Made by a program: the position numbers and the translations under genes. DNA of 64,000 bases from Bacteroidota bacterium (GTDB taxonomy: Bacteria; Bacteroidota; Bacteroidia; Chitinophagales; LD1), in assembly GCA_947479455.1 (NCBI GenBank), contig CANJZE010000002.1:98222-162221 (forward strand). The letters are read 5' to 3'. This document shows, piece after piece, positions 45,053 through 53,052 of the stretch. The notes under the pieces are model-generated. The model was given only the letters and a program-made list of their open reading frames with translations. It was not told where the DNA came from and did not search any database. Position 1 is the stretch's first letter, and the number at the start of each line of letters is the position of its first letter.

Positions 45053-45340
45053 CTAGTAGTTTAAGTTGGCACCCCAGATAATACGACAGACTTCAAATTT
45101 GTTACGGGAAGTTTTAAAAGCCATAACCCAACCATTATGGGAATAGCAAGAGTAATTCCATCGAGCAAGTTGTGGTGCTTTGCATAGCGAGAATTTAGCT
45201 TTTGATTCAGCGAGTGCCCGAATAGTAAGTCGAATTTTTTCCGCCCATCTCTCTCCGCTTCCTTCAGTATTTTCACTTTCAATAAACGAAGCACTTTTTT
45301 GTAGAGAATTAATTGTCCGCTTACGATAACTAATGACCAT
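45053..45340 (-). CDS. ParE/RelE-superfamily-like toxin candidate (95 aa)
   Basis: Its small size, an 11-nt overlap with the upstream small ORF, and the pattern W..K....I..L......F.......L....Y resemble plasmid-stabilisation toxins. The assignment is tentative. Confidence 0.5.
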   Translation of the reverse strand: MVISYRKRTINSLQKSASFIESENTEGSGERWAEKIRLTIRALAESKAKFSLCKAPQLARWNYSCYSHNGWVMAFKTSRNKFEVCRIIWGANLNY

Positions 45341-45596
45341 TCTTCTTCGATTTGCGATACTTCACCAATTCTTCTTTGACCATTCTGAATGCTTCTTCTT
45401 CTGTGTAACTTTCACCATCATCTTCTGCCAACCAACGTTCAATTTGTTCTGGTGTGGCATTTGCTCCGGGTAATGCCATTTCTTCATCAGTAAGTCTACG
45501 TTCTTCCTTAGTGCTTATCCCCATTTCTTTAGCCATCTGAATTAGCTCATTAATTTTTTTCTTAGAAGAGGTAAGTGTAAGTGTGATTGTTTCCAT
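45330..45596 (-). CDS. antitoxin-like small protein (88 aa)
   Basis: METITLTLTSSKKKINELIQMAKEMGIS...EEMALPGANATPEQIERWL. The N-terminal beta-alpha unit plus the ALPG..........WL motif is recalled from Bacteroidota partners of RelE/ParE toxins. Confidence 0.5.
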   Translation of the reverse strand: METITLTLTSSKKKINELIQMAKEMGISTKEERRLTDEEMALPGANATPEQIERWLAEDDGESYTEEEAFRMVKEELVKYRKSKKNGH

Positions 45597-45605
45597 ACTC
45601 CAAAT

Positions 45606-46832
45606 TTATAACAAGTTCTTCGGATAGAAAACATAATATTTTGTAACCGGAACCGACAACACCGAAATATTTAATTGGTCGCTTGCTTGTGCAATATCAA
45701 TTACTTCGTTTTTGCCTAGCATAATATTGATTCGGTCTTCAGAAGGATTGTAAGCATGATTAGAAGTTGAATCAGAAAAAACAAGATACCCCGCTTCTTC
45801 TTCGTTTACCTTAAATTTTTTCATTGCGCGCTCATTCAATTCTTTAATTTTCTTGTACGAAAACGCTTTGTTGCTGATTTCTATTTTAAAAAGTTTGCGG
45901 TCGAGAATAGCTTCGCACAAAGTGCGCAATACTTTATCACCGCAATGCTGCCAATATTTAAACGCAGCAAAAATATCTACATCATCTAACTGCGAATAGT
46001 GGTTCAATACCTTCGCGTCTTTTTCAAAATCTTTAAGCTTTACCTTGTTGTGTAAGAAATATGCAAGCGCAGGAGACGCATCTAACTTCTCTCCTTTCGC
46101 TATTAAATATTTAGCGCGCTCGATTGCCTTTACCATCATTTGCTCTACGCACAAAACAGTTTTATGTAAATACACCTGCCAATACATCAGTCTGCGCGCT
46201 ATAATGAAACTCTCTATGGAATAAATTCCCTTTTGCTCCACCACTAATTCATCGTGGCGCACGTTCATCATTTCTATAATGCGCTCGTAAGAGATTGTTC
46301 CTTCGCTAACTCCTGTAAAAAACGAATCGCGGGTCAGATAATCCAAACGGTCAACATCTAATTGCGATGAAACCAGTTGATGCAAAAACTTCTTTTTGTA
46401 ACTACCTTCAAAAATTTCTATTGCTAAACTGAGCTTGCCTTTGAAGTACTCGTTCAGTTTCTTCATATACATTTTCGAAAGCGATTCGTGATGAACACCC
46501 GCAATCAAACTATGCTCTAGTGTATGGCTGAAAGGTCCGTGACCAATATCATGTAAGAGAATTGCAATCTCCGCAGCCAGTTCTTCCTCCTCAGAAATTT
46601 TAATGCCTTTAATTTTCAGAATAGAAAGTGCCTTGCGCATTAAATGGAATGCACCGAGCGCATGATGAAAGCGCGTATGAATAGCACCGGGATAAACATA
46701 ATCGCTTAGGCCAAGCTGCTTGATTCTGCGCAGGCGCTGAAAATACGGATGCTCGATAATATCAAAAATCAACTCGTGCGGAATGGTAATAAAACCATGC
46801 ACAGGGTCGTTGAATATTTTGCGTTTGTTCAT
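45606..46832 (-). CDS. HD domain-containing (dNTP triphosphohydrolase-like) protein
   Basis: 408 aa. FNDPVHGFI, RLRRIKQLG, TRFHHALG and LLHDIGHGPFSH motifs. Confidence 0.88.
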   Translation of the reverse strand: MNKRKIFNDPVHGFITIPHELIFDIIEHPYFQRLRRIKQLGLSDYVYPGAIHTRFHHALGAFHLMRKALSILKIKGIKISEEEELAAEIAILLHDIGHGPFSHTLEHSLIAGVHHESLSKMYMKKLNEYFKGKLSLAIEIFEGSYKKKFLHQLVSSQLDVDRLDYLTRDSFFTGVSEGTISYERIIEMMNVRHDELVVEQKGIYSIESFIIARRLMYWQVYLHKTVLCVEQMMVKAIERAKYLIAKGEKLDASPALAYFLHNKVKLKDFEKDAKVLNHYSQLDDVDIFAAFKYWQHCGDKVLRTLCEAILDRKLFKIEISNKAFSYKKIKELNERAMKKFKVNEEEAGYLVFSDSTSNHAYNPSEDRINIMLGKNEVIDIAQASDQLNISVLSVPVTKYYVFYPKNLL

Positions 46833-46921
46833 TGGGCCTGCGAAGAAAAGTTTTATTCATAGAAACACAAAGTATTTTCAAGATGTAGATTCCGTTTTCA
46901 ATAACTAAATAGTTTTGCGTT

Positions 46922-47485
46922 ATGAAGAAAAACGAAGCTCTTAATCCATGGACAAAACTTTCATCGGAAATAAAGTATGAGAACCCCTGGATAAAAGTGA
47001 TTGAAGACAAAGTGAAAAATCCTGCCGGCAACGATGGTATTTACGGAGTGGTTCATTTTAAAACACATGCCATTGCCGTTATTCCGCTCGATGAAAACAA
47101 CAACACCTGGATAGTGGGTCAATACCGTTATCCGCAGCAAAGTTACGAATGGGAAATTGTTGAGGGTGGTTGCAAAGAAGGTACTTCGCCTTTGGAAACA
47201 GCCAAGCGCGAATTGATAGAAGAAGCAGGATTATCAGCCGATAATTTTGAACTTATTTTAGAAATGCAGCTTTCCAATTCCTGCACCGATGAAGTTTCCT
47301 ATACCTACATTGCACGCGGCATTACCTATGTAGGCGAACAACCCGAAGAAGACGAACTGTTCGTCATCAAAAAGCTTCCATTCGCAGAAGTTTATGAAAT
47401 GGCCATGCGCGGTGAAATCCGTGACGGGCTTTCGGTAGCCAGTATTTTAAAGGCAAACGTTTTATTGCAGCAAGGGAAGATTTAG
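46922..47485 (+). CDS. NUDIX hydrolase (ADP-ribose pyrophosphatase-like)
   Basis: 187 aa. Nudix box GGCKEGTSPLETAKRELIEEAGL. Confidence 0.85.
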   Translation: MKKNEALNPWTKLSSEIKYENPWIKVIEDKVKNPAGNDGIYGVVHFKTHAIAVIPLDENNNTWIVGQYRYPQQSYEWEIVEGGCKEGTSPLETAKRELIEEAGLSADNFELILEMQLSNSCTDEVSYTYIARGITYVGEQPEEDELFVIKKLPFAEVYEMAMRGEIRDGLSVASILKANVLLQQGKI

Positions 47486-47498
47486 AAACCACAAAAAC

Positions 47499-47533
47499 AA
47501 AAGGCGGAACATTTGTACCGCCTTTTGCTTTTT
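47499..47533. terminator. bidirectional intrinsic terminator between the NUDIX gene and hpf
   Basis: AAAAGGCGG, a 10-nt loop, then CCGCCTTTT, with A/T runs on both sides. Confidence 0.7.
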
Positions 47534-47547
47534 AAGTAATGCTACTC

Positions 47548-47847
47548 TTAATGAGCTTTCAATTTTTCTTTCTGTTTCTTGAGTTGTAGCGACAAGGTTT
47601 GTAAAGCCAGGTCAGTGCTTTGCTCAAATGTTTTAGATGATTTGGTAACAAACAACGTTTTGCCGGGAACGTGTACCTTAATTTCAACAACTTTTTCTTT
47701 CACGTTTTGCTTCGATTCAAGTTTTAAGAAAACCTCCGTTTCAACAATACGGTCAAAAAACGTTTCTAATTTTGCGAGCTTCTTGTTAATAAAGTCCACA
47801 AGTTGCGTTGATGCATCGAAGTGCACCGGATGAATGACTACGTTCAT
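47548..47847 (-). CDS. hpf: ribosome hibernation promoting factor / RaiA family
   Basis: ~99 aa from MNVVIHPVHFDAS.... Typical short-HPF layout (L.DFI..K..KL..F...I....V.L). Confidence 0.85.
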   Translation of the reverse strand: MNVVIHPVHFDASTQLVDFINKKLAKLETFFDRIVETEVFLKLESKQNVKEKVVEIKVHVPGKTLFVTKSSKTFEQSTDLALQTLSLQLKKQKEKLKAH

Positions 47848-47983
47848 AAGGAACAATTTTTATGGTTAAAGAATTAAAATCACAGTTCTAAGTTAACTAA
47901 AAGTTTTCCTGAACTTATAATTAAAGGAACGTTTAATTCTGCAAAATGTTTTATTGTGCTTAACAAATTCTCAATTGTTGTAA

Positions 47984-48023
47984 ATAAAAAAGGCACCCTT
48001 TTGGAGTGCCTTTTATTTTTTTT
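47984..48023. terminator. intrinsic terminator downstream of rplL
   Basis: AGGCACCC-TTTT-GGAGTGCCT flanked by an A6 run and TTTTATTTTTTTT. Confidence 0.7.
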
Positions 48024-48035
48024 GAGGGTGATTAA

Positions 48036-48407
48036 TTACTTAATCTCCACTTCAGCGCCTACATCTTCTAATTTCTTTTTCAAGTCTTCAGCAGTTGCTT
48101 TGTCTGTTTTTTCTTTTACAGCCTTAGGAGCTCCGTCAACTAAATCCTTAGCTTCTTTCAAGCCAAGACCAGTAAGGTCTTTAACCACCTTTACTACGTT
48201 TAGTTTCTGCGCGCCTGCGCTCTTCAAAATAACATCAAATTCAGTCTTTTCAGCTACAGCGGCTGCTGCTGCTGGTCCTGCTGCTACAGCTACTGCTGCT
48301 GCTGCCGGCTCAATACCGTAATCTGCTTTCAAAATAGTTGCTAATTCCTGAACATCTTTCACCGTAAGGTTAACCAATGTTTCTGCTAATGCTTTTAAAT
48401 CTGCCAT
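48036..48407 (-). CDS. rplL: 50S ribosomal protein L7/L12
   Basis: 123 aa. N-terminal dimerisation helix, Ala/Pro hinge ([16 protein letters not shown]), and C-terminal domain [15 protein letters not shown]...EVEIK. Confidence 0.95.
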   Translation of the reverse strand: MADLKALAETLVNLTVKDVQELATILKADYGIEPAAAAVAVAAGPAAAAAVAEKTEFDVILKSAGAQKLNVVKVVKDLTGLGLKEAKDLVDGAPKAVKEKTDKATAEDLKKKLEDVGAEVEIK

Positions 48408-48548
48408 GTTGTATAATTTTTTTGTAGTTAAACCATGTTTGTTCTCTGCTGCTTTTGTTTACCCAAATGCTCTCACACACATCGGCAAATTTTTGCTTTA
48501 AAGAACTTCCGTGTTGAAAGAGTTGGAAGCTTTTTTCAAAACGGACGG

Positions 48549-48556
48549 CAAATATA
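48549..48556 (-). promoter_or_regulatory. candidate -7 promoter element TATATTTG for rplL
   Basis: Minus strand: TTGc-N19-TATATTTG, about 140 nt upstream of the rplL ATG. It matches the Bacteroidota TTG/TAnnTTTG layout. Confidence 0.3.
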
Positions 48557-48950
48557 GGTTTACAAACCACTTTTGCAAATGTTTGGATTGTAAAAAATAT
48601 TTCTCCCCTTCCACTTTTTATCCAAAAGACGCGCTTCTTTAAGGCAGAAGTATTACATAAAACCTCCATTCACGTCCATCACTTTTACTATTGCAATTGA
48701 CGTAAACCTACTTTACCAGTTACAACATAACACGTTAGCCATCGTAGGCTATTGTTCTGACAATAAAATGCAGGGATGACACAAAACATTCAACCGTAAA
48801 CTTTACATAAGGAATTTAGAAAGGTAAAGGGCGAAAATAGAGAAGGAGAGTTTGGGCATGTAATTACCGTTTGAAAAACTTGTGTCAAACTACCTCTTCA
48901 TTCTTCAGCCCCCTTCACCGGCTCTCGTCCCTTTCTTTTATACTTGCAAC

Positions 48951-49706
48951 ATGTTTCCAAAAATCCTCCTTCTCGCGCTTTGTATCCAGCTCAGCATTTA
49001 TTCAAACGCTCAAGCACCTTTCACCTCACCTTACAAACTTTCACTCGCAGTTGATATACCATTAGGCACAAACGCAATTGGTTTACTCGGCACCTCCTAT
49101 TTACTTGGCACTACTCATTTACTTCCATCTCAGGAAAGCATTATCAAACTCGACCGCAAATCCATCAACAAATTCGACCGCGGTGCTACTTACCAGAACT
49201 CAAAAACCTGCGGCTACATAAGCGATGCCACTATGTATGCAGCTATCGCCCTGCCGCTCATGCATCTCATCAACCCCAACTCAAGAAAAGATTTTGGAAA
49301 AATTGCTGTCATGACAGCCGAAGTGTTTGCCCTGAACATTGCCGTTACCAATCTTTTTAAAGAAACCATACATCGCGCACGCCCTTTGGTTTACAATCCC
49401 AATGTGCCTTTATCGAAAAAGCTTAAAAAGGATAATTTCAAATCATTCTTCAGCGGGCATACTTCAACTGTTTCATCAATGAGTTTTTTCTTTGCCGCTA
49501 CTTATGCCACTTACAATCCAAATTCAAAATTAAAACCCATGGTGTGGTCGTTGTGCGCGGCTCTTCCTATTCTTACAGGAGTGCTTCGTTACAAAGCCGG
49601 CAAACATTATTGGACAGATGTAATTACAGGCTACTTAGTAGGAGCAGCTATTGGAGTTGCAGTGCCTTATCTGCACAGCGTGAAATGGAAATTTAATCAG
49701 AAGTAA
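48951..49706 (+). CDS. PAP2 superfamily phosphatase (membrane)
   Basis: Signal/TM MFPKILLLALCIQLSIYSNAQ from the ATG at 48951. PAP2 motifs KETIHRARP, SFFSGHTS and AGKHYWTDV. Confidence 0.85.
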   Translation: MFPKILLLALCIQLSIYSNAQAPFTSPYKLSLAVDIPLGTNAIGLLGTSYLLGTTHLLPSQESIIKLDRKSINKFDRGATYQNSKTCGYISDATMYAAIALPLMHLINPNSRKDFGKIAVMTAEVFALNIAVTNLFKETIHRARPLVYNPNVPLSKKLKKDNFKSFFSGHTSTVSSMSFFFAATYATYNPNSKLKPMVWSLCAALPILTGVLRYKAGKHYWTDVITGYLVGAAIGVAVPYLHSVKWKFNQK

Positions 49707-49723
49707 TAAAGACTTTTGCCTTT

Positions 49724-51643
49724 CTATCTATTTCTCAAGAGCAGCGCACGAATTTCTTTCACCGGAGCCGAACCAAAACTCAAAAATTTTTCGTGAAATT
49801 TTTTGAGTGTAAATTTTGCACCAAGTTTTGCTCTTACATCTTCGCGTAGCTCATAAATTTCAGTAAGACCAGTAAAGTAGCTGGTCAACTGAACCTGCGT
49901 TAAGGTAGCGCGTTTATATTTTTCTGCTACTTCCGTTTCTTGTTGAAATGCCTCACTAACCAACAAGTTTCGTACATCCTTCTCGCCCCAATTATTACAA
50001 TGAATATTGAAGTCGAGAATAAAATTACACACCTCACGCAAATTCCATTTGTAATAAAACAAAAGCATTTCGGGTGAATCGTGAAAGCCTTGTTCTACCA
50101 TCATGCGCTCTACATAACAAGCCCATCCTTCAATAGTAGCTCCGTTTCCAAGTACTGTTTTTATCATACTATTCGAACGGTTGGCGTAAATGCCCTGCGT
50201 GTAATGCCCTGGTATCGCCTCGTGAATATTCAATATCGGCAACACGTAATCGTTGTATTCTCGTAAATAACTCTCTGCTTGTTCTGCCGAGTAATTTGTA
50301 AGCGGAGTTACGTTGTAATAAGTAGTTCCCATCCGGTCGTAAGGACCCGGTGAATTAATTCCTGCCCCGGCAACTCCCGCCATATATTCAGGTGTTTTAC
50401 GCACCATCAGCGGTTTGGTTGAATCCAAATCTATCAACTGCCTCTCATTAATAAACTTGGTTAATTCGGGCAACTGCTTTTCAATAGTGGTTAAGAACTC
50501 ATCGCGCTTGCAATGTTTTATTGATAGCGCATCAATAACTTCTTTCACCGCTACAAGTTTGTCCTCAGGCATTTTTTTCCCGCCCATATATTGACTCCAC
50601 AATTTTTCTTTCACCAGCGTAAACATTTCGCCTTGCACAAATGTTTTTCGCTCATCGGCTTTCTTATACATTTCTTGCGCGGTATATTGAGCGTTGATAT
50701 CCAACGCAAATTTCTTTTCGTATAACTCTTTCCCAATTCTAAAACTTCGAGTATCTTTCTTTTCAGCCTCCTGTAAAATGGTTTTTAAAAAAGAGATATA
50801 ACCTTGCACCGCAATTTTAGCCTTGTCGGCATTTGCTTTAAACTCGCGTTGCTCAGCGCTGTTCAATCCGGAATAAGCAAGAGAATCTGGCAGTACGCTA
50901 TCGAAAAAATAAAGCGAACCTTCATTTTGTTTTATGGCAAGTTGAGTATGTTCTTTGGTAGGGTTGCTGATATTAGCTTGTGCTGCTTTATAGTAGTCGG
51001 GCACGTAACTCAGTTTCTTTTTTAAGGCAAGCATTTTTTCTTTCAACGAAAATCTGTTGTAGTCCATCACATCAAAAATGCCTCCACCTATATTATAAGA
51101 AGAGGGATCCCATCCGTAACTCTTAAAATCGTTGATGTTGAAACGAACACCGGCCAAAAAATTTTCCACCAATCGGTAATCGGTTTTCTCATTTGGTTTC
51201 AGCGAATCGAAATTGAGTGTTTTCATCCACCCTTCCACAGTTTTGCAAAAGCGCAGTTCAGTTTCACGCGATTCTTTATCGGGAACTACCAAGAGCGAAT
51301 CATACTTATGAAAACCAACGGAAGTAGCCCAACCGGGATAAGTTCTCCAAAGCATTTCAATAAAATCAAGTTTGAAAGTTTCAAAAGGGCTTTCCTTAAA
51401 CTCCTTGGCTTTGTTTACAATTACAGGCTGGTCGCCATCTGAAACCATTTTTTCTTTCTGCTTGTTTTCAGATTCCTTTCGTTGACCTTGTGCTTCCTTA
51501 GCCTCGTTTGAGAGACGTAAATTTTGAGGCTTATTTAATTGTTCTTTTTCCTCTTGCGTTTGCGTGCCTTTGTCTTGAGCTTGCGCGAAAATTGTAAAGA
51601 ACAAAAACAGCACAGCAATAAATGGAGGGATAGATTTTTTCAT
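49724..51643 (-). CDS. DUF885 family protein (putative metallopeptidase-like, secreted)
   Basis: 639 aa with a signal peptide. HEAIPGHYTQ motif characteristic of DUF885. Confidence 0.8.
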   Translation of the reverse strand: MKKSIPPFIAVLFLFFTIFAQAQDKGTQTQEEKEQLNKPQNLRLSNEAKEAQGQRKESENKQKEKMVSDGDQPVIVNKAKEFKESPFETFKLDFIEMLWRTYPGWATSVGFHKYDSLLVVPDKESRETELRFCKTVEGWMKTLNFDSLKPNEKTDYRLVENFLAGVRFNINDFKSYGWDPSSYNIGGGIFDVMDYNRFSLKEKMLALKKKLSYVPDYYKAAQANISNPTKEHTQLAIKQNEGSLYFFDSVLPDSLAYSGLNSAEQREFKANADKAKIAVQGYISFLKTILQEAEKKDTRSFRIGKELYEKKFALDINAQYTAQEMYKKADERKTFVQGEMFTLVKEKLWSQYMGGKKMPEDKLVAVKEVIDALSIKHCKRDEFLTTIEKQLPELTKFINERQLIDLDSTKPLMVRKTPEYMAGVAGAGINSPGPYDRMGTTYYNVTPLTNYSAEQAESYLREYNDYVLPILNIHEAIPGHYTQGIYANRSNSMIKTVLGNGATIEGWACYVERMMVEQGFHDSPEMLLFYYKWNLREVCNFILDFNIHCNNWGEKDVRNLLVSEAFQQETEVAEKYKRATLTQVQLTSYFTGLTEIYELREDVRAKLGAKFTLKKFHEKFLSFGSAPVKEIRALLLRNR

Positions 51644-51673
51644 AAATGAAATTTTGAGAGCGTGAATCTAAAA

Positions 51674-52393
51674 TTATGCATCGTATTTGCGCAAAAGTTT
51701 TAGTAGTGTTTCCATGTCTTTAGGCAGTGGAGCATGTAATGTAATTTCCATTTCTTTTACAGGGTGTTTAAAACTTAATTCATACGCATGTAGCGTTAAT
51801 CGGGAAATAGTAGGACGCTCTTCCTCGCCACTTGCTTTGTAATTTTTCTTGAGCTTCGAAAAATAAAATGCTTCCGTACTAGCATAAACTTCATCCACCA
51901 AAAGTGGGTTTCCTAAATGGGCAAGATGAACCCGTATTTGATGTGTGCGCCCTGTTTTAATTTCAACTTTTAAAAGAGCAGCGTGCTTGAATTGTTCTTC
52001 CACTTCATAAAGCGTAAGTGCGTTCTTCCCGCGCTTGTTAATGAGCATTGTTCCCGGCTTTGTTTTGCTTTCGGCAATTGGCAAATTAATTTCGCCCAAT
52101 GTAGTTGCCATTCTACCCGAAACAAAAGTCAGGTACTTTTTTTTCACTTCATGGTTTTGAAACTGAAGTGAAAGATGACGATGTGCAGCTTCGTTTCTGG
52201 CAAAACAAAGTATGCCACTGGTGCCGCGGTCAATGCGATGTACCACAAATAGTTTCCCAAATTTTTTTTCAAAAATATTTTGCAACGTTTCGCGCTCAGT
52301 GTGTATGCGGTCAGGAATAACAGTAATACCCGATGGTTTATTAACCACAAGTATATCGTCATCAACAAAAATTATTTCAGGATTAGTTTTCAC
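51674..52393 (-). CDS. RluA family pseudouridine synthase
   Basis: 239 aa. HRIDRGTSGILCFA catalytic motif and a KTGRTHQIRVH motif. Confidence 0.88.
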   Translation of the reverse strand: MKTNPEIIFVDDDILVVNKPSGITVIPDRIHTERETLQNIFEKKFGKLFVVHRIDRGTSGILCFARNEAAHRHLSLQFQNHEVKKKYLTFVSGRMATTLGEINLPIAESKTKPGTMLINKRGKNALTLYEVEEQFKHAALLKVEIKTGRTHQIRVHLAHLGNPLLVDEVYASTEAFYFSKLKKNYKASGEEERPTISRLTLHAYELSFKHPVKEMEITLHAPLPKDMETLLKLLRKYDA

Positions 52394-52474
52394 GCAGCTA
52401 TAATTAACTTACAAAGGACACGTGGAATGCCCATGCAATATTTGTTTTTGAGATTACATTTTACCATGGGCATT

Positions 52475-52984
52475 TCAACGATTACAATTAGAAAAGTAGT
52501 GAGTACCGTTTTGAATGGTTAAATCAATGGCAAGTTTTGAACCGCTTAAATAACCCGAGCCGCTCACGGTTCCGGTATAATGACCTGTGGCATTTTGTGT
52601 AAAAATATCGAAGGTATATTTATTGGATACAGTTGCAATAACGGTAAACGAATCGCCATTGAAATTAGCAAGATAGAAAGTAGAAATACTTGGCCCGGCA
52701 GTAATTGGCAACGAATGATTTTTGGTGCCTCCTGTTGAAGTAGTGATAGCACTCCATTGATGAAAAAATTTCTCCCGCACTTCTATGTTACAGTTTTCGC
52801 CACCGTAACCCAACGCACATTCCTGCTCGCAATTTTTACCGCCATACCACAAACGGCAATCGCAACTACCATCATTGCAAATGCCGCCATGCATACAACT
52901 GGTATCAGCACATTTGCTTTTGCAAGCGCTTAAAAATATGCCAAACACCAAAACCACAACGATGAATTTCAACCCTCTTTTCAC
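52475..52984 (-). CDS. lipoprotein with two EGF-like Cys-rich modules
   Basis: A GTG start at 52984 gives a canonical lipobox signal (M)KRGLKFIVVVLVFGIFLSAC. The mature part carries the EGF-like Cys-rich stretch CADTSCMHGGICNDGSCDCRLWYGGKNCEQECALGYGGENC. The ORF-track ATG at 53050 would abut the divergent gene start. Confidence 0.65.
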   Translation of the reverse strand: MKRGLKFIVVVLVFGIFLSACKSKCADTSCMHGGICNDGSCDCRLWYGGKNCEQECALGYGGENCNIEVREKFFHQWSAITTSTGGTKNHSLPITAGPSISTFYLANFNGDSFTVIATVSNKYTFDIFTQNATGHYTGTVSGSGYLSGSKLAIDLTIQNGTHYFSNCNR

Positions 52985-53052
52985 CAATGAAAAATTAAAT
53001 CTGGTTTCAAATAAATTACTTTCACACACACTTACAAAGGCAAAAAACATTC

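Noticed and set aside
48370-48669. 99-aa minus-strand ORF upstream of rplL, checked as a possible degenerate rplJ (L10).
   Set aside because: It overlaps the rplL start out of frame, has no L10-like sequence in any frame, and covers the probable promoter and leader.
52426-52470. Inverted repeat AATGCCCATG, a ~29-nt loop, then CATGGGCATT, between the lipoprotein gene and rluA.
   Set aside because: The loop is too large and there is no U-tract for a terminator call. No second copy occurs in the window, so it is noted only as a possible protein-binding palindrome.
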